Origin: Deltaproteobacteria bacterium
Lineage (GTDB): Bacteria > Myxococcota_A > Polyangia > Fen-1088
Reading direction: 5' to 3'
NCBI GenBank assembly: GCA_034439895.1
Contig: JAWXBF010000003.1
Span: 6,819 to 70,818, forward strand
Length of the DNA stretch: 64,000 bases
A program made the translations under genes and the position numbers. Below are positions 18,872-27,759 of this stretch, one piece after another (within the stretch, counting starts at the first letter, position 1; the number at the start of each line of letters is the position of its first letter). Below the pieces are notes generated by a model. That model saw only the letters and a program-made list of their open reading frames with translations, was not told the origin of the DNA and did not search any database.

Positions 18872-19242
18872 GCGGATCGTACCCTGGCTTCTGCGAAACC
18901 CGATTGAATGCCAGCGAGGATCGATTCGGCTTCAAGGATCGGTTCGATTTTCATCTTGACCGTAGCCTCGAGCAACCGTTCGCGCGCGTACTGGTAGAGG
19001 CGTGCCAGATTGTTGCAAACATCGGGTGCGGTCTTGTAATCGAGTGCACCGCGCAAGGCCCACAAAAGTTCAAGCGCGTGGGCGAGATGCGATCGCCCCG
19101 TGACTTGATCGTTGTTCTCGATGCACGTGCGTGCTTGCGAACAATCGCGCGAGAAACGAACGAAAACCTCGTCGAGTATACGCTCTGGCGTTGCTGAATC
19201 GAGAGAGACTTTTTTATAGGAACCAGCGGCACGGGCGTACAT
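18868..19242 (-). CDS. fliS: flagellar export chaperone FliS
   Basis: Size 124 aa with a FliS-like N-terminus (YARAAGSYKKVSLDSATPERIL...). It overlaps the fliD-operon neighbours. Confidence 0.8.
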   Translation of the reverse strand: MYARAAGSYKKVSLDSATPERILDEVFVRFSRDCSQARTCIENNDQVTGRSHLAHALELLWALRGALDYKTAPDVCNNLARLYQYARERLLEATVKMKIEPILEAESILAGIQSGFAEARVRSA

Positions 19243-19257
19243 GGATTCTCCTTGTTA

Positions 19258-20595
19258 TCAGAGCGAGCGAAGGTAGTTCGACTGGGCCTGCATGCGTGAG
19301 GTGATCTGTTCGAGGGCAAGAAACTGACGTTGCAACGACTCGCCTATCGAGGTTGCGCGACGCTCAACGCGAACAATCTGGTCGTCAAATCCTCGGATGG
19401 AACCGTTGATCGATTGTTGTTTGCTAACGAGGTGACCCGTTTGTTTACTCGGATCCGGATTGTATTGCGTCGAACCAACGCGCGTGAACTCGTCGACGAG
19501 TGCCACCAGGCCCGCGGCGAGTCCGTTGGCACCTGTGAATACGGCCGTGACAGCGGTGGGATCTGATTTGGCGATGGCATCAAAGACCTTCTCGTCGAGC
19601 TTTAACTTTCCGCCCGTGTCGAACTTGATGCCGAGCTGAACCGGCGAGACGTTGCCGGCCCCGTGGGAAAACTGCCGGGTGATGGCTGCGGACAACCGGC
19701 CCTGGAGCGAGCGAAAGGTTGAATCACCGAAGAAGCTGTTTTCGCCTTTTTTCGTGCCGTTGTAGGTGACCTGGCTGTTCACGATCTCGGCTGCGCCATT
19801 GTAGTCTTCGATGAGTGCCTTGAGCTTGGCCTTTTGTCCCTCAAGATCCGCCGTGACGTCGACCTTTGTTGCGGACTCTCCGACGGGTGTTTTCGCAACG
19901 GCGGTGAAGGTGACACCGGCTACAACGTCCGAAAACTCGTTGGTTGAACGCGTAATCGTGACACCGTTGAGTGTGATGCTGGCATCCACGGCGGCAGTTC
20001 GCTCAATGAGATCGAGCGTGGTTCCGCCTTCAACGAACGCAATCTGTTTGGCTGAGCCCGTCTCTTTTCCCGATATCGTAAGGTGGTAGTCGGTGCCGTC
20101 GTGCAAGACGCGGGCAATTACGCCGGTGACGTTGGTGTTGATGCGCGAAGCAATGGCATCAAGATTGTCGGCGCTTGTATAATTTACTGTCACGGGCGCA
20201 CCGGCACCTATCGTGATCTGAACGCTGCCATCGCCTGCGATACCGGCGGTATTTGATACGAAGCCCTTCGACTGGCTGGTGTGGGCCGTCGCCAGGTTGT
20301 TGACGAGCACGTCGAAACTTGCCGCGGTCGCGAGACTGGAAGCGGTGACACCGACGCGATCGGTGTTGCCGGATTTTGCGGAAAGGGCCTGGACTTCAAC
20401 GGGGGTGTCGAGTCCCTGCGCGTTGGTCTTGAGTGCCTTCAGGCGCGTGATCAGATTGCCGAGGGTCGAAAGACGCGTGTTCGCGGCGGTTTTGCGCTGG
20501 TTTAGCGTTGTAATCGGGGCCCGTTCAACCGCGATGAGCTGATCCACGATGGCCTGGGTATCAATGCCGGATGAGATGCCCGAAAACGAGATCAT
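19258..20595 (-). CDS. fliD: flagellar filament cap protein FliD (HAP2)
   Basis: N-terminus MISFSGISSGIDTQAIVDQLIAVERAPI and C-terminal heptads (ALEQITSRMQAQSNYL). Confidence 0.9.
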   Translation of the reverse strand: MISFSGISSGIDTQAIVDQLIAVERAPITTLNQRKTAANTRLSTLGNLITRLKALKTNAQGLDTPVEVQALSAKSGNTDRVGVTASSLATAASFDVLVNNLATAHTSQSKGFVSNTAGIAGDGSVQITIGAGAPVTVNYTSADNLDAIASRINTNVTGVIARVLHDGTDYHLTISGKETGSAKQIAFVEGGTTLDLIERTAAVDASITLNGVTITRSTNEFSDVVAGVTFTAVAKTPVGESATKVDVTADLEGQKAKLKALIEDYNGAAEIVNSQVTYNGTKKGENSFFGDSTFRSLQGRLSAAITRQFSHGAGNVSPVQLGIKFDTGGKLKLDEKVFDAIAKSDPTAVTAVFTGANGLAAGLVALVDEFTRVGSTQYNPDPSKQTGHLVSKQQSINGSIRGFDDQIVRVERRATSIGESLQRQFLALEQITSRMQAQSNYLRSL

Positions 20596-20638
20596 GTTTG
20601 ACCGCCTGCGCCTGGGGTTGGGGAAAGAAGGCCCGGGG

Positions 20639-20676
20639 AAAAAAAGAACGGGCGCCGGATGTGAACCCGGCGCCCG
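20639..20676 (-). terminator. Rho-independent terminator downstream of fliC
   Basis: A 10-bp perfect stem (CGGGCGCCGG / CCGGCGCCCG) with an 8-nt loop, followed on the minus strand by TTCTTTTTTT, 26 bp after the flagellin stop. Confidence 0.6.
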
Positions 20677-20701
20677 GAGGAACTCTCACGTTCGCTGCGG
20701 G

Positions 20702-21523
20702 TTAGCCGAGCAGCGACAAGGCCAGCGAAGGGAGCTGGTTGGCCTGTGCGAGGACCGAAACCGCAGCCTGTGACACGATTTGATTTCGTGTGAACTGAGC
20801 CGTTTCCTTGGCCACGTCCACATCGCGAATTCGCGAGTTGGCGGCCGACGCATTTTCGTGGGCGTTCGCGAGGTTCGAGACGGTGATGGAGAGGCGGTTT
20901 TGTGAGGCACCGATGTCGGCGCGTGTGGTCGACAGGGTCTCGATGGCCGTGTCGATGACTGCGAGGGCGCCTTGCGCGCCAGCTGCAGTACTGAAATCGG
21001 TGGCGGCGACGCCCAGGTCGGTAGCGGTTGTGGCACCGAAGGTCACCGTGACCACGTCGCCCGTCCCGCCCTGAATGCCGACCTGCATATCGATGGTCGC
21101 TCCCGCTGCCAGCATGTTGGTGCCGCTGAACTCGGTCACGTTCGCGATGCGGTCGATCTCCAGTTCGAGTGCAGCGCGTTCCGTTTCGACGTAACCGCGT
21201 TCCACGGTGCCGAGGGTGCCGTTGGCAGCTTGCATTGCGAGTTCGCGCATACGAACCAGGATTCCCGACTGTTCGTTCATCGCGCCTTCCGCGACCTGAA
21301 TCATCGAGATGCCGTCGTTCGCATTGCGTTCTGCCTGCGCCATGCTGCGGATGTCCGCCTTCAAGCCCTCGGAGATACCGAGGCCTGCAGCGTCGTCCGC
21401 CGCCTTGACGATGCGCATGCCCGATGCGAGGCGAGCGATGTTGTCGCCCAATTGTCCTTGAGCGCTGTTCAGGTGCCGCTGAGCGCTGAGGGACGCGGTG
21501 TTGGTATTCATTACGAGTGCCAT
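20702..21523 (-). CDS. fliC: flagellin
   Basis: N-terminus MALVMNTNTASLSAQRHLNSAQ; the conserved D0/D1 motifs; C-terminus NQIVSQAAVSVLAQANQLPSLALSLL. A strong SD (AAGGAG) precedes the internal ATG, which is therefore preferred over the longer ORF start. Confidence 0.9.
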   Translation of the reverse strand: MALVMNTNTASLSAQRHLNSAQGQLGDNIARLASGMRIVKAADDAAGLGISEGLKADIRSMAQAERNANDGISMIQVAEGAMNEQSGILVRMRELAMQAANGTLGTVERGYVETERAALELEIDRIANVTEFSGTNMLAAGATIDMQVGIQGGTGDVVTVTFGATTATDLGVAATDFSTAAGAQGALAVIDTAIETLSTTRADIGASQNRLSITVSNLANAHENASAANSRIRDVDVAKETAQFTRNQIVSQAAVSVLAQANQLPSLALSLLG

Positions 21524-21630
21524 TTTTTCTCCTTTTGTGATGGCGCTCTGTGCGCCCTTCAAGGAGATGGTTCGTCCAACCTCGGGAATCCTCTAGGGGG
21601 GAATTTGAGAAATTCACATTGCCCCTTGAA

Positions 21631-22503
21631 TTACCGGCCAAGTGCGATCGCAACGATGCGCTCAGCGACCGCGCGAGCGCTTTCCAACGCGGCGCTGGCT
21701 CGGGCGAAATCGGTTGCGGCGTCCACCGGATCGATTCCGATCGCCCGCTCTTGCATGCGGGCAAGTTCGACCTCGAATTCGCGGCGGGCGTTGTCAACGG
21801 CATCAAGCGCGGCCGATTGCGAACCGAGTTGGGTGCGGGTGTTTGCAACTTGATCGACGGCTGTTGATAGATCAGCCAGGTTCGCGCGAATCGCATCCCC
21901 ATCGTTGCCATTGAGTGAGGCGATGATGTTGTCGAGGGTTGTGAACACGTCAACCCCCGTGGCCGTCGTCAACGCTTCACCGGTGACGCCGAAGGTTCCG
22001 ACGTTCGCTTCGCTGGCTTCGATCTGTCGACGCGTACCATTGCCCGCATAGACGCCGTTGGCACCAAAGGGTGCAACGTTGCCCGCAGAACCTGCGAGCA
22101 GAAATTCTCCGTCGGGTCCTTGTGTGTTTGCGAGGCCCAGCATCTGAGCCCGCAAGGCTCGAACCTCCTCGGCGACTCCGGCGCGTTGGGCGGCGGTGTA
22201 GGTATCGTTGGCAGCCTGAACGGTCAGTTCTCGCACGCGGCTCAATCCCTCGCCGATACCCGAGAGTGCCCGATCAGTTTCTCCGAGCCGTTCGTTTGCA
22301 CGTGCGACGGCGTTGCCCCGTCGTTCGCTCAGGGTGTGGCGAACCTCGGCGCGCATTCCTTCAGCCCAATCCGTAACACCGTCGGACGGGCGATCCACGC
22401 GAACGCCGGTCTGGAGGGCATCGCTTGCCTCTTGCACCCGCGAGCGTTGACGAGAGGTCTGTTCCGAGGCCGTTTCGATCATTCGGGTTTCAGTAACACG
22501 CAT
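21631..22503 (-). CDS. flgL: flagellar hook-associated protein 3 FlgL
   Basis: Flagellin-like N and C termini (MRVTETRMIE...; ...RAVAERIVAIALG) and position after flgK. Confidence 0.8.
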   Translation of the reverse strand: MRVTETRMIETASEQTSRQRSRVQEASDALQTGVRVDRPSDGVTDWAEGMRAEVRHTLSERRGNAVARANERLGETDRALSGIGEGLSRVRELTVQAANDTYTAAQRAGVAEEVRALRAQMLGLANTQGPDGEFLLAGSAGNVAPFGANGVYAGNGTRRQIEASEANVGTFGVTGEALTTATGVDVFTTLDNIIASLNGNDGDAIRANLADLSTAVDQVANTRTQLGSQSAALDAVDNARREFEVELARMQERAIGIDPVDAATDFARASAALESARAVAERIVAIALGR

Positions 22504-22509
22504 GGCTTC

Positions 22510-23877
22510 TCACAGATTGGTGATGAGGAAATCGAGCATTTGGTCGACCGTGCCAATGAACCGTACGGCAGCTTCGGACGCATGTTGGTACTGAGAAAGG
22601 TTCGACGCTTCCTCGGCCAGACTTACGCCGGAGAGTCCGTCACGCAATCCAGCAAGAACCTCGGAACGGGCGAGTTCCAGCTCATGGGCACCTCGGGTGC
22701 TGGCAGCGGCCGCCCCGACGTTACCCAGCATGGTGATGGCCTGGTCGACAAACGTGCGGGTACCGTTACCCGCCACGGGCTGATCCTTCAAAGCCACGAG
22801 CTGGAGAAAGCCACTGTTATCTCCTGCGCCCGCGCCGAAAGTGGCCCCGGCCAATTTACTCGCGTCGGTGGCGATCTGCGTGTTGACGCTGAAAGCTGCA
22901 GCGGTTCCCGCCACCTGGGCCGGCTCATCAAACAAATCAAGACCCGTCGTGCCGTCTGGGGCCGCGCTGTTGCGATGAACCGCATTGATCTGCGTTGCCA
23001 TATCGAACGCGAGTTGGTCGAGTTCGGTGCTGGCCTGGGTCAAGGTTTGATCGCGGAAGGCGATCTCTCCACCGATCTTGCCTCCAGTGATACGATTGGT
23101 TACATCGTCGACATGGTTGCCATCCCGGAGCTCGATGCGCATGTCCCCTGTGGTGCTATCGGGGACGCCGACGATCTGGGCCGAACGGCCACCGTCGACC
23201 AGCATTCCCCCTCCGGGGACGACGATTCGCATTTGACCGTCGGAGTCGATTCTTGCCTGAGAGCCGATGATTTCCGCCAACCCCCGGGCGGCCTGGTCGC
23301 GTTTATCGGCGATCACCGGATCGTGATCAACCGCTAGCGCCCGGTTGGCGGCCGCCACCTGGGATGCGAGGCGTTCGGCCTCTCTGGCCATCGATTGAAT
23401 GCGCGCGTTGGTCTGAGAGCGTGAGGATGAAATGGCTCCGGCCGTAGTGGTGAAGGCGGTCGCCGTATCGTTCGCGCGCGACACCACGTCGGTGCGCAGG
23501 GCCGGATCAAGCGGAGAAGACGCGAGATCCAACAATCCTCCAAATAGGGCGGCGATGGCCTGAACCATATTACCCTGTGACGGCGCAACGCCCGCTTCGA
23601 GATTGGCAGTTGCGACCGAAAGGCTGCTGTACTGGCCGCGGCTGCTATCGGATGTGCGTTCACGCAACGAAAGCAGCTGATCATCAAATCGTTCGGGACC
23701 TTCGACGCGCACGCCACCAACGAGCGGCACGCCAAGCTCGGACTGCAAGTTGATACGTTGCCGCGAATAACCAACGGTATTGACGTTGGCGGTATTGCGG
23801 GCGGCAACAGCCACGCCAGCATTCTGCGCCACCATCGCGCCTGCACCCAGATCAAGAAGTCCCAATAGCCCAGACAT
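22510..23877 (-). CDS. flgK: flagellar hook-associated protein 1 FlgK
   Basis: N-terminus MSGLLGLLDLGAGAMVAQNAGVAVAARNTANVNTVGYSRQ and C-terminus QYQHASEAAVRFIGTVDQMLDFLI. Confidence 0.9.
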   Translation of the reverse strand: MSGLLGLLDLGAGAMVAQNAGVAVAARNTANVNTVGYSRQRINLQSELGVPLVGGVRVEGPERFDDQLLSLRERTSDSSRGQYSSLSVATANLEAGVAPSQGNMVQAIAALFGGLLDLASSPLDPALRTDVVSRANDTATAFTTTAGAISSSRSQTNARIQSMAREAERLASQVAAANRALAVDHDPVIADKRDQAARGLAEIIGSQARIDSDGQMRIVVPGGGMLVDGGRSAQIVGVPDSTTGDMRIELRDGNHVDDVTNRITGGKIGGEIAFRDQTLTQASTELDQLAFDMATQINAVHRNSAAPDGTTGLDLFDEPAQVAGTAAAFSVNTQIATDASKLAGATFGAGAGDNSGFLQLVALKDQPVAGNGTRTFVDQAITMLGNVGAAAASTRGAHELELARSEVLAGLRDGLSGVSLAEEASNLSQYQHASEAAVRFIGTVDQMLDFLITNL

Positions 23878-23891
23878 TTTGTCCTCCTTCG

Positions 23892-24311
23892 CTACAAGGC
23901 CTTGACCGTGCGCGCGGGTTGATAAGAACCCATCCGGGCACGGGCGTCATACGTTCCGGTTGGGCGGGTCATCCCGCGTACCTCGGCCATTGCGCTGACG
24001 GCATCCGCCAGCAGCAGTCGATTGGCTTCTGCGTTGGCGAGCACCCGCACTGCGGCTGCGCGAACCAGACGTCGTTTTTCCTCAAACACCGGTTCGAGGC
24101 TTTTGCGATAAGAACCGGCATCCTTGGAGAATCGAGCAAGCGTTTCACGCATTCGCTCGGACAAGAGCGCCTTTTCCGCGACCAGTGCAGGCAAGGCATC
24201 CACCTTCAAGGCAGAAACCGAAACACGTTCTTGCTCAAGCACGCTTTCGAGGGCGCGCGTGATCTCAAGCAAGGCGTCTGCGGTCTGATTGTGAAGGTCA
24301 GCGTTTTGCAC
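23892..24311 (-). CDS. flgN: flagellar chaperone FlgN-like
   Basis: Assigned by position (between flgM and flgK), size (139 aa) and helical composition. Confidence 0.5.
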   Translation of the reverse strand: MQNADLHNQTADALLEITRALESVLEQERVSVSALKVDALPALVAEKALLSERMRETLARFSKDAGSYRKSLEPVFEEKRRLVRAAAVRVLANAEANRLLLADAVSAMAEVRGMTRPTGTYDARARMGSYQPARTVKAL

Positions 24312-24313
24312 GT

Positions 24314-24607
24314 TTACTCCGGTTTGCCAAAGTGTGTGTTGCGCGCCGATTCGTCACTCAAGATGCGCTCAGCAAGTGCTGCCGTGTCGGTGTGATACCG
24401 ATTCGACTGTACTGCGACCTTCAATTCTTGAACCTTCTCTGCGCGTGCCGTCGCTACCCGATCGGAGATCGAGCTCACTTCGTCGACGGATGCGGCCACG
24501 ATGGCTCCACCGCTGTCGCCGGAGCCGGCCGGTGCCGGTACACCGCTTTCCGGTTTTTCACCCCGTGCGGGTCCGATTCGGTCGTTTGGTTGTCCCTGTA
24601 TGCGCAT
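24314..24607 (-). CDS. flgM: anti-sigma-28 factor FlgM
   Basis: A C-terminal sigma-28-binding helix (VDEVSSISDRVATARAEKVQELKVAVQSNRYHTD), 97 aa, with a good SD (AGAGGG). Confidence 0.75.
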   Translation of the reverse strand: MRIQGQPNDRIGPARGEKPESGVPAPAGSGDSGGAIVAASVDEVSSISDRVATARAEKVQELKVAVQSNRYHTDTAALAERILSDESARNTHFGKPE

Positions 24608-24629
24608 GCTTTTGCCCTCTATGTCGTGA

Positions 24630-24654
24630 GTCGGCCAGAATCTCTAGTCCTTTA
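24630..24654 (-). promoter_or_regulatory. putative sigma-28 (FliA) promoter for flgM: TAAAG-N14-GCCGAC
   Basis: On the minus strand, CTAAAGgactagagattctgGCCGACtcac. TAAA-N15-GCCGA spacing fits the sigma-28 consensus TAAA-N15-GCCGATAA, with 5/8 of the -10 matching. It lies 23 bp upstream of the flgM ATG. Confidence 0.35.
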
Positions 24655-25420
24655 GGCCTGGAATTTTCTCTTTAGGATCAATGGGTTGGCCGTCTCTTCG
24701 GACCTCGAAATGTAGGTGGGCGCCGGTCGAGCGCCCCGTTCTGCCCACACGGCCGACCTCGGTACCCGGACTGACGCGTTGTCCGATCTTCACCTCGACC
24801 TGCTGTAGGTGGGCGTACCGGGTCTCGATGCCGTTGCCGTGGTCCACCACCACCAGGTTGCCGTAGCTGCCTGCGGGACCCGCGTGTGCGACGATTCCAC
24901 GGCCAGAGCTCTGGACGGGCGTGCCCTCGCTTGCCGCGAGATCAAGTCCTGCATGGAAACGGTGCGAGCCATCGATCGGATCCACGCGCGGTCCGAAACT
25001 GGAGGTGTTTGCCACGAAGGTGTGCTGACTCGAAATCGGTGCGACGGAAAGCGACGGACGGCTCTCGGCAGGCTTTGTTGGTGTTGGTTCAAGCGGATAA
25101 AGACGGTCGATGAGGGCATCGTTGTTTTCGCCTTCGGGTTCGACCGCGGGTACCTGGCGGGTCATTTCCCGTTCGATCATTGCGGATAGGCCAGTGCCCT
25201 GCGATGCAGCCATCGAATCGGCCATTGCGCCGTCCAACATTTCCTGGAAGGTTGATTCGGCGAACCCGCCCGAAAACATGCCTTCGGGGCTGGATTTGCG
25301 GAACTCCGCAAAAATCTGGCGGAAGAAGTAGGCCTCAAACGACTTGGCCGCCGTCCGGACATCGTTGCCCTGGCCCGGCTCGGTCGTCATCGCATTTTCC
25401 AAACCAATTCCTGGAATCAA
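24644..25420 (-). CDS. flgJ: FlgJ-like rod-binding domain fused to an M23 (LytM) metallopeptidase domain
   Basis: The N-terminus AAKSFEAYFFRQIFAEFRKS is the FlgJ rod-binding motif. The C-terminus HAGLDLAA...YGNLVVVDHGNGIETRYAHL...GRTGRSTGAHLHFEV carries the M23 HxxxD / HxH motifs. Confidence 0.8.
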   Translation of the reverse strand: MIPGIGLENAMTTEPGQGNDVRTAAKSFEAYFFRQIFAEFRKSSPEGMFSGGFAESTFQEMLDGAMADSMAASQGTGLSAMIEREMTRQVPAVEPEGENNDALIDRLYPLEPTPTKPAESRPSLSVAPISSQHTFVANTSSFGPRVDPIDGSHRFHAGLDLAASEGTPVQSSGRGIVAHAGPAGSYGNLVVVDHGNGIETRYAHLQQVEVKIGQRVSPGTEVGRVGRTGRSTGAHLHFEVRRDGQPIDPKEKIPGLKD

Positions 25421-25430
25421 GACGAACTCC

Positions 25431-26564
25431 TTACATCACCTGAATTTCGGCTTGCAGGGCTCCGGCAGCCTTGAGCGCGTGTAAGATCGGAATCAAGTCG
25501 CGCGGCTTGGCCTTCAAGGCGTTGAGTGCGTTGGCCACATCGCCGACGGTCGCGGCAGCAGCGAGTGTGGTCAATTCGCCGTTGCGTTCCTGAACGTCCA
25601 CCGTGGTTTCTTGAATCCGCGCGGTATCACCCTGTGCAAGCGGACCAGGTTGTGAGACAGCCTGTCGCTCCGACACCCGCACATTCAACGTGCCAAACGC
25701 GACCGCGGCTGGAGAAAGTGTGACGGTTGCGCCGATGACGACGGTGCCCGTGCGTTCATCGATGATCACTCGGGCCGGCGCGTCCGGCTCGGCTTCAAGA
25801 CTGCTCACCTTGGCAATCAGTGCTGCCACCTTGTTTTTCCAGTCCGCCTTGATCGTAACGGAGACCGTAGCGCCATCGAGCGCAACGGCGATATCTTCGC
25901 CAGCGTCTTTGTTGATGGCATCCACGATGCGCGACGCCGTGGTAAAGCTGGGATCGCGCAGCTGGAGTTCAAGTTTTTCCACTGGCATCACCACCGGCGC
26001 GTCCTTCTCCACCGTCGCGCCCGACGGAATGCGACCGACGTTGGTGTGGTTGCGGAACGCCGCAGTACCGGTGATGCCCTCGAACGAAAATCCGCCGACC
26101 GTGATGGCACCCTGTGCAAGGGCGTAGGTTTTCATATCGGCGCCCTTCATGGGCGTGGCGATGAGTGTTCCGCCCTGGAGGCTACGCGCGGTACCCATCG
26201 AGGAAACCGTGACATCGAGTCGGGCACCGGAGCGTGAATGAGCGGGAAGTTTACCGGTAACCAGCACCATCGCCACGTTGCGTGCGCGTATGTCGTTTGG
26301 GGTAACGAAGATTCCGAGGTTCTTCATCAACTGTGCGACCGAGCTTCGGGTGGCCTGAGAGTTGATGAGATCACCGGTCCCCTGCAAACCCACTACCAGT
26401 CCATAACCAAGCAAGGGGTTTTCTCGGAAACCGCGCACGTCGATCATTTGATGCAGCCGCGCTGCGTGAGCCGGAGCGCCTATAGACATCACGGTGAGTA
26501 GCACGGTTGCGCAAACCACGCGGATGCCGGAGCGGATCGAATTGTGAATGGTTTCGTTTTTCAT
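25431..26564 (-). CDS. flgI: flagellar P-ring protein FlgI
   Basis: Signal peptide and the FlgI motifs IDVRGFRENPLLGYGLVVGL and GGTLIATPMKGADMKTYALAQGAITVGG. Confidence 0.9.
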   Translation of the reverse strand: MKNETIHNSIRSGIRVVCATVLLTVMSIGAPAHAARLHQMIDVRGFRENPLLGYGLVVGLQGTGDLINSQATRSSVAQLMKNLGIFVTPNDIRARNVAMVLVTGKLPAHSRSGARLDVTVSSMGTARSLQGGTLIATPMKGADMKTYALAQGAITVGGFSFEGITGTAAFRNHTNVGRIPSGATVEKDAPVVMPVEKLELQLRDPSFTTASRIVDAINKDAGEDIAVALDGATVSVTIKADWKNKVAALIAKVSSLEAEPDAPARVIIDERTGTVVIGATVTLSPAAVAFGTLNVRVSERQAVSQPGPLAQGDTARIQETTVDVQERNGELTTLAAAATVGDVANALNALKAKPRDLIPILHALKAAGALQAEIQVM

Positions 26565-26575
26565 GGCTTCCTCGC

Positions 26576-27262
26576 TTAGAACGGCCAGAACTTGGACAGG
26601 AATCGCGACACGATGCCGGGTCGCTGCACGTCGGTGGAATCGCCGCGGCCGGTGTATTCGATCTCTGCGTCGGCCACGCGCGATGACGAGACCGAGTTGT
26701 CGTATTGCACATCGATGGGTCGAACAACGCCGCTGACGTACAGGTGATGCTCTTCGTTCGACACCATTACGACCTTGTGTCCTTCGACAAAGAGGTCTCC
26801 GTTCCCGAGTACTTTGCGAACGCGCACCGGCAGAGTCGCACTTAACTTGCCGCTGCGCGAGGTCTTGCCGTTGCCATCAAAATCAGACTCGGAATTGGTT
26901 CCAAAAAGCTGCGATGGATCGAGATCTTGGCTGCGCAGGGCCTCCACCAGGCCAAAAGCGTGGGGAACACCGTAGTTTTGCGAACCTTTTTTGCTCAGCT
27001 GGGTCGTGGCCTGACGGGTCGCGTTCTCATTTTCATCAATACGTATGACCAACGAGTCGCCAATCTGGTTGGCTCGGTTGTTTTCAAGAAAACCCTGCTG
27101 TCCCATCGACATGAGGCTGGCGCCCCCTGGCTGCGATCGTTCTCCGACAGGATCGGGATTGTATTCGCGGCGTTTGGGTTCGTAGGGCGCAACGTGGGTA
27201 GATGCACAGGCCATGCCGCCGAGGCAAAGCAAGCAAAGCAGACCAAGCGATGTTTTGTTCAT
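26576..27262 (-). CDS. flgH: flagellar L-ring lipoprotein FlgH
   Basis: Lipobox LGGMACAS; motifs ANQIGDSLVIRIDENENA and NGDLFVEGHKVVMVSNEEHHLYVSGVVRPIDV. Confidence 0.9.
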   Translation of the reverse strand: MNKTSLGLLCLLCLGGMACASTHVAPYEPKRREYNPDPVGERSQPGGASLMSMGQQGFLENNRANQIGDSLVIRIDENENATRQATTQLSKKGSQNYGVPHAFGLVEALRSQDLDPSQLFGTNSESDFDGNGKTSRSGKLSATLPVRVRKVLGNGDLFVEGHKVVMVSNEEHHLYVSGVVRPIDVQYDNSVSSSRVADAEIEYTGRGDSTDVQRPGIVSRFLSKFWPF

Positions 27263-27759
27263 GGCGCCCCTCCAACTTGCAGGGTGTTCCCGTCGATCAA
27301 CTTGCCGGTGATGCGGGTATTCTGTCCGTCGAGTCGGACACTCGCAAAATCGCCCACACGCGCGTTGCGCTCAAGGCTGCCCGTGGTCGTGATCGAAACC
27401 GCACCGGATTTGACTACGACCCGAACCTCGGTGCCACGCTCGATCGGCGGATTGGTTTCGACAATCTCCATTCGAACCCAGCCTTTCGACAGGATCTTGT
27501 CGTCCTTGCGAATCACGACGAAGGCTGACGACTTGCCGGCGCGAATGGTACCGCGCCACTGCAGACTGAGTTCCGCGCCGCGCGGCAAATTCATCGACTG
27601 CGATGGTGATACGGATTCCAGTGATAGCCCGTCGGGAAGCCTGCTTTCTACTTCGGCGGTGATGGCGTCGATGGCGGACTGTGCATCGGAACGGTGTTTT
27701 GCCGAAACGGTCGCCGGTAAAACCAGCGCCAATGTCAGTGTAAGGATGAAGGATTTCAT
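27259..27759 (-). CDS. flgA: flagellar P-ring assembly chaperone FlgA
   Basis: Signal peptide, a C-terminal SAF-like domain (VRVVVKSGAVSITTTGSLERNARVGDFASVRLDGQNTRITGKLIDGNTLQVG) and position. Confidence 0.8.
   Translation of the reverse strand: MKSFILTLTLALVLPATVSAKHRSDAQSAIDAITAEVESRLPDGLSLESVSPSQSMNLPRGAELSLQWRGTIRAGKSSAFVVIRKDDKILSKGWVRMEIVETNPPIERGTEVRVVVKSGAVSITTTGSLERNARVGDFASVRLDGQNTRITGKLIDGNTLQVGGAP

Noticed and set aside
21524-21630. Possible sigma-28 or sigma-54 promoter upstream of fliC
   Set aside because: The best candidates (TCAAA ... CCGAGG; TTGGCCggtaaTTCA) have the wrong spacing or poor -10/-12 matches, so none is called.
20592-21953. 453-aa ORF overlapping flagellin and flgL in another frame
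   Set aside because: Its composition is His/Arg/Gly-rich. Flagellin in the correct frame has perfect N- and C-terminal conservation and a strong SD.
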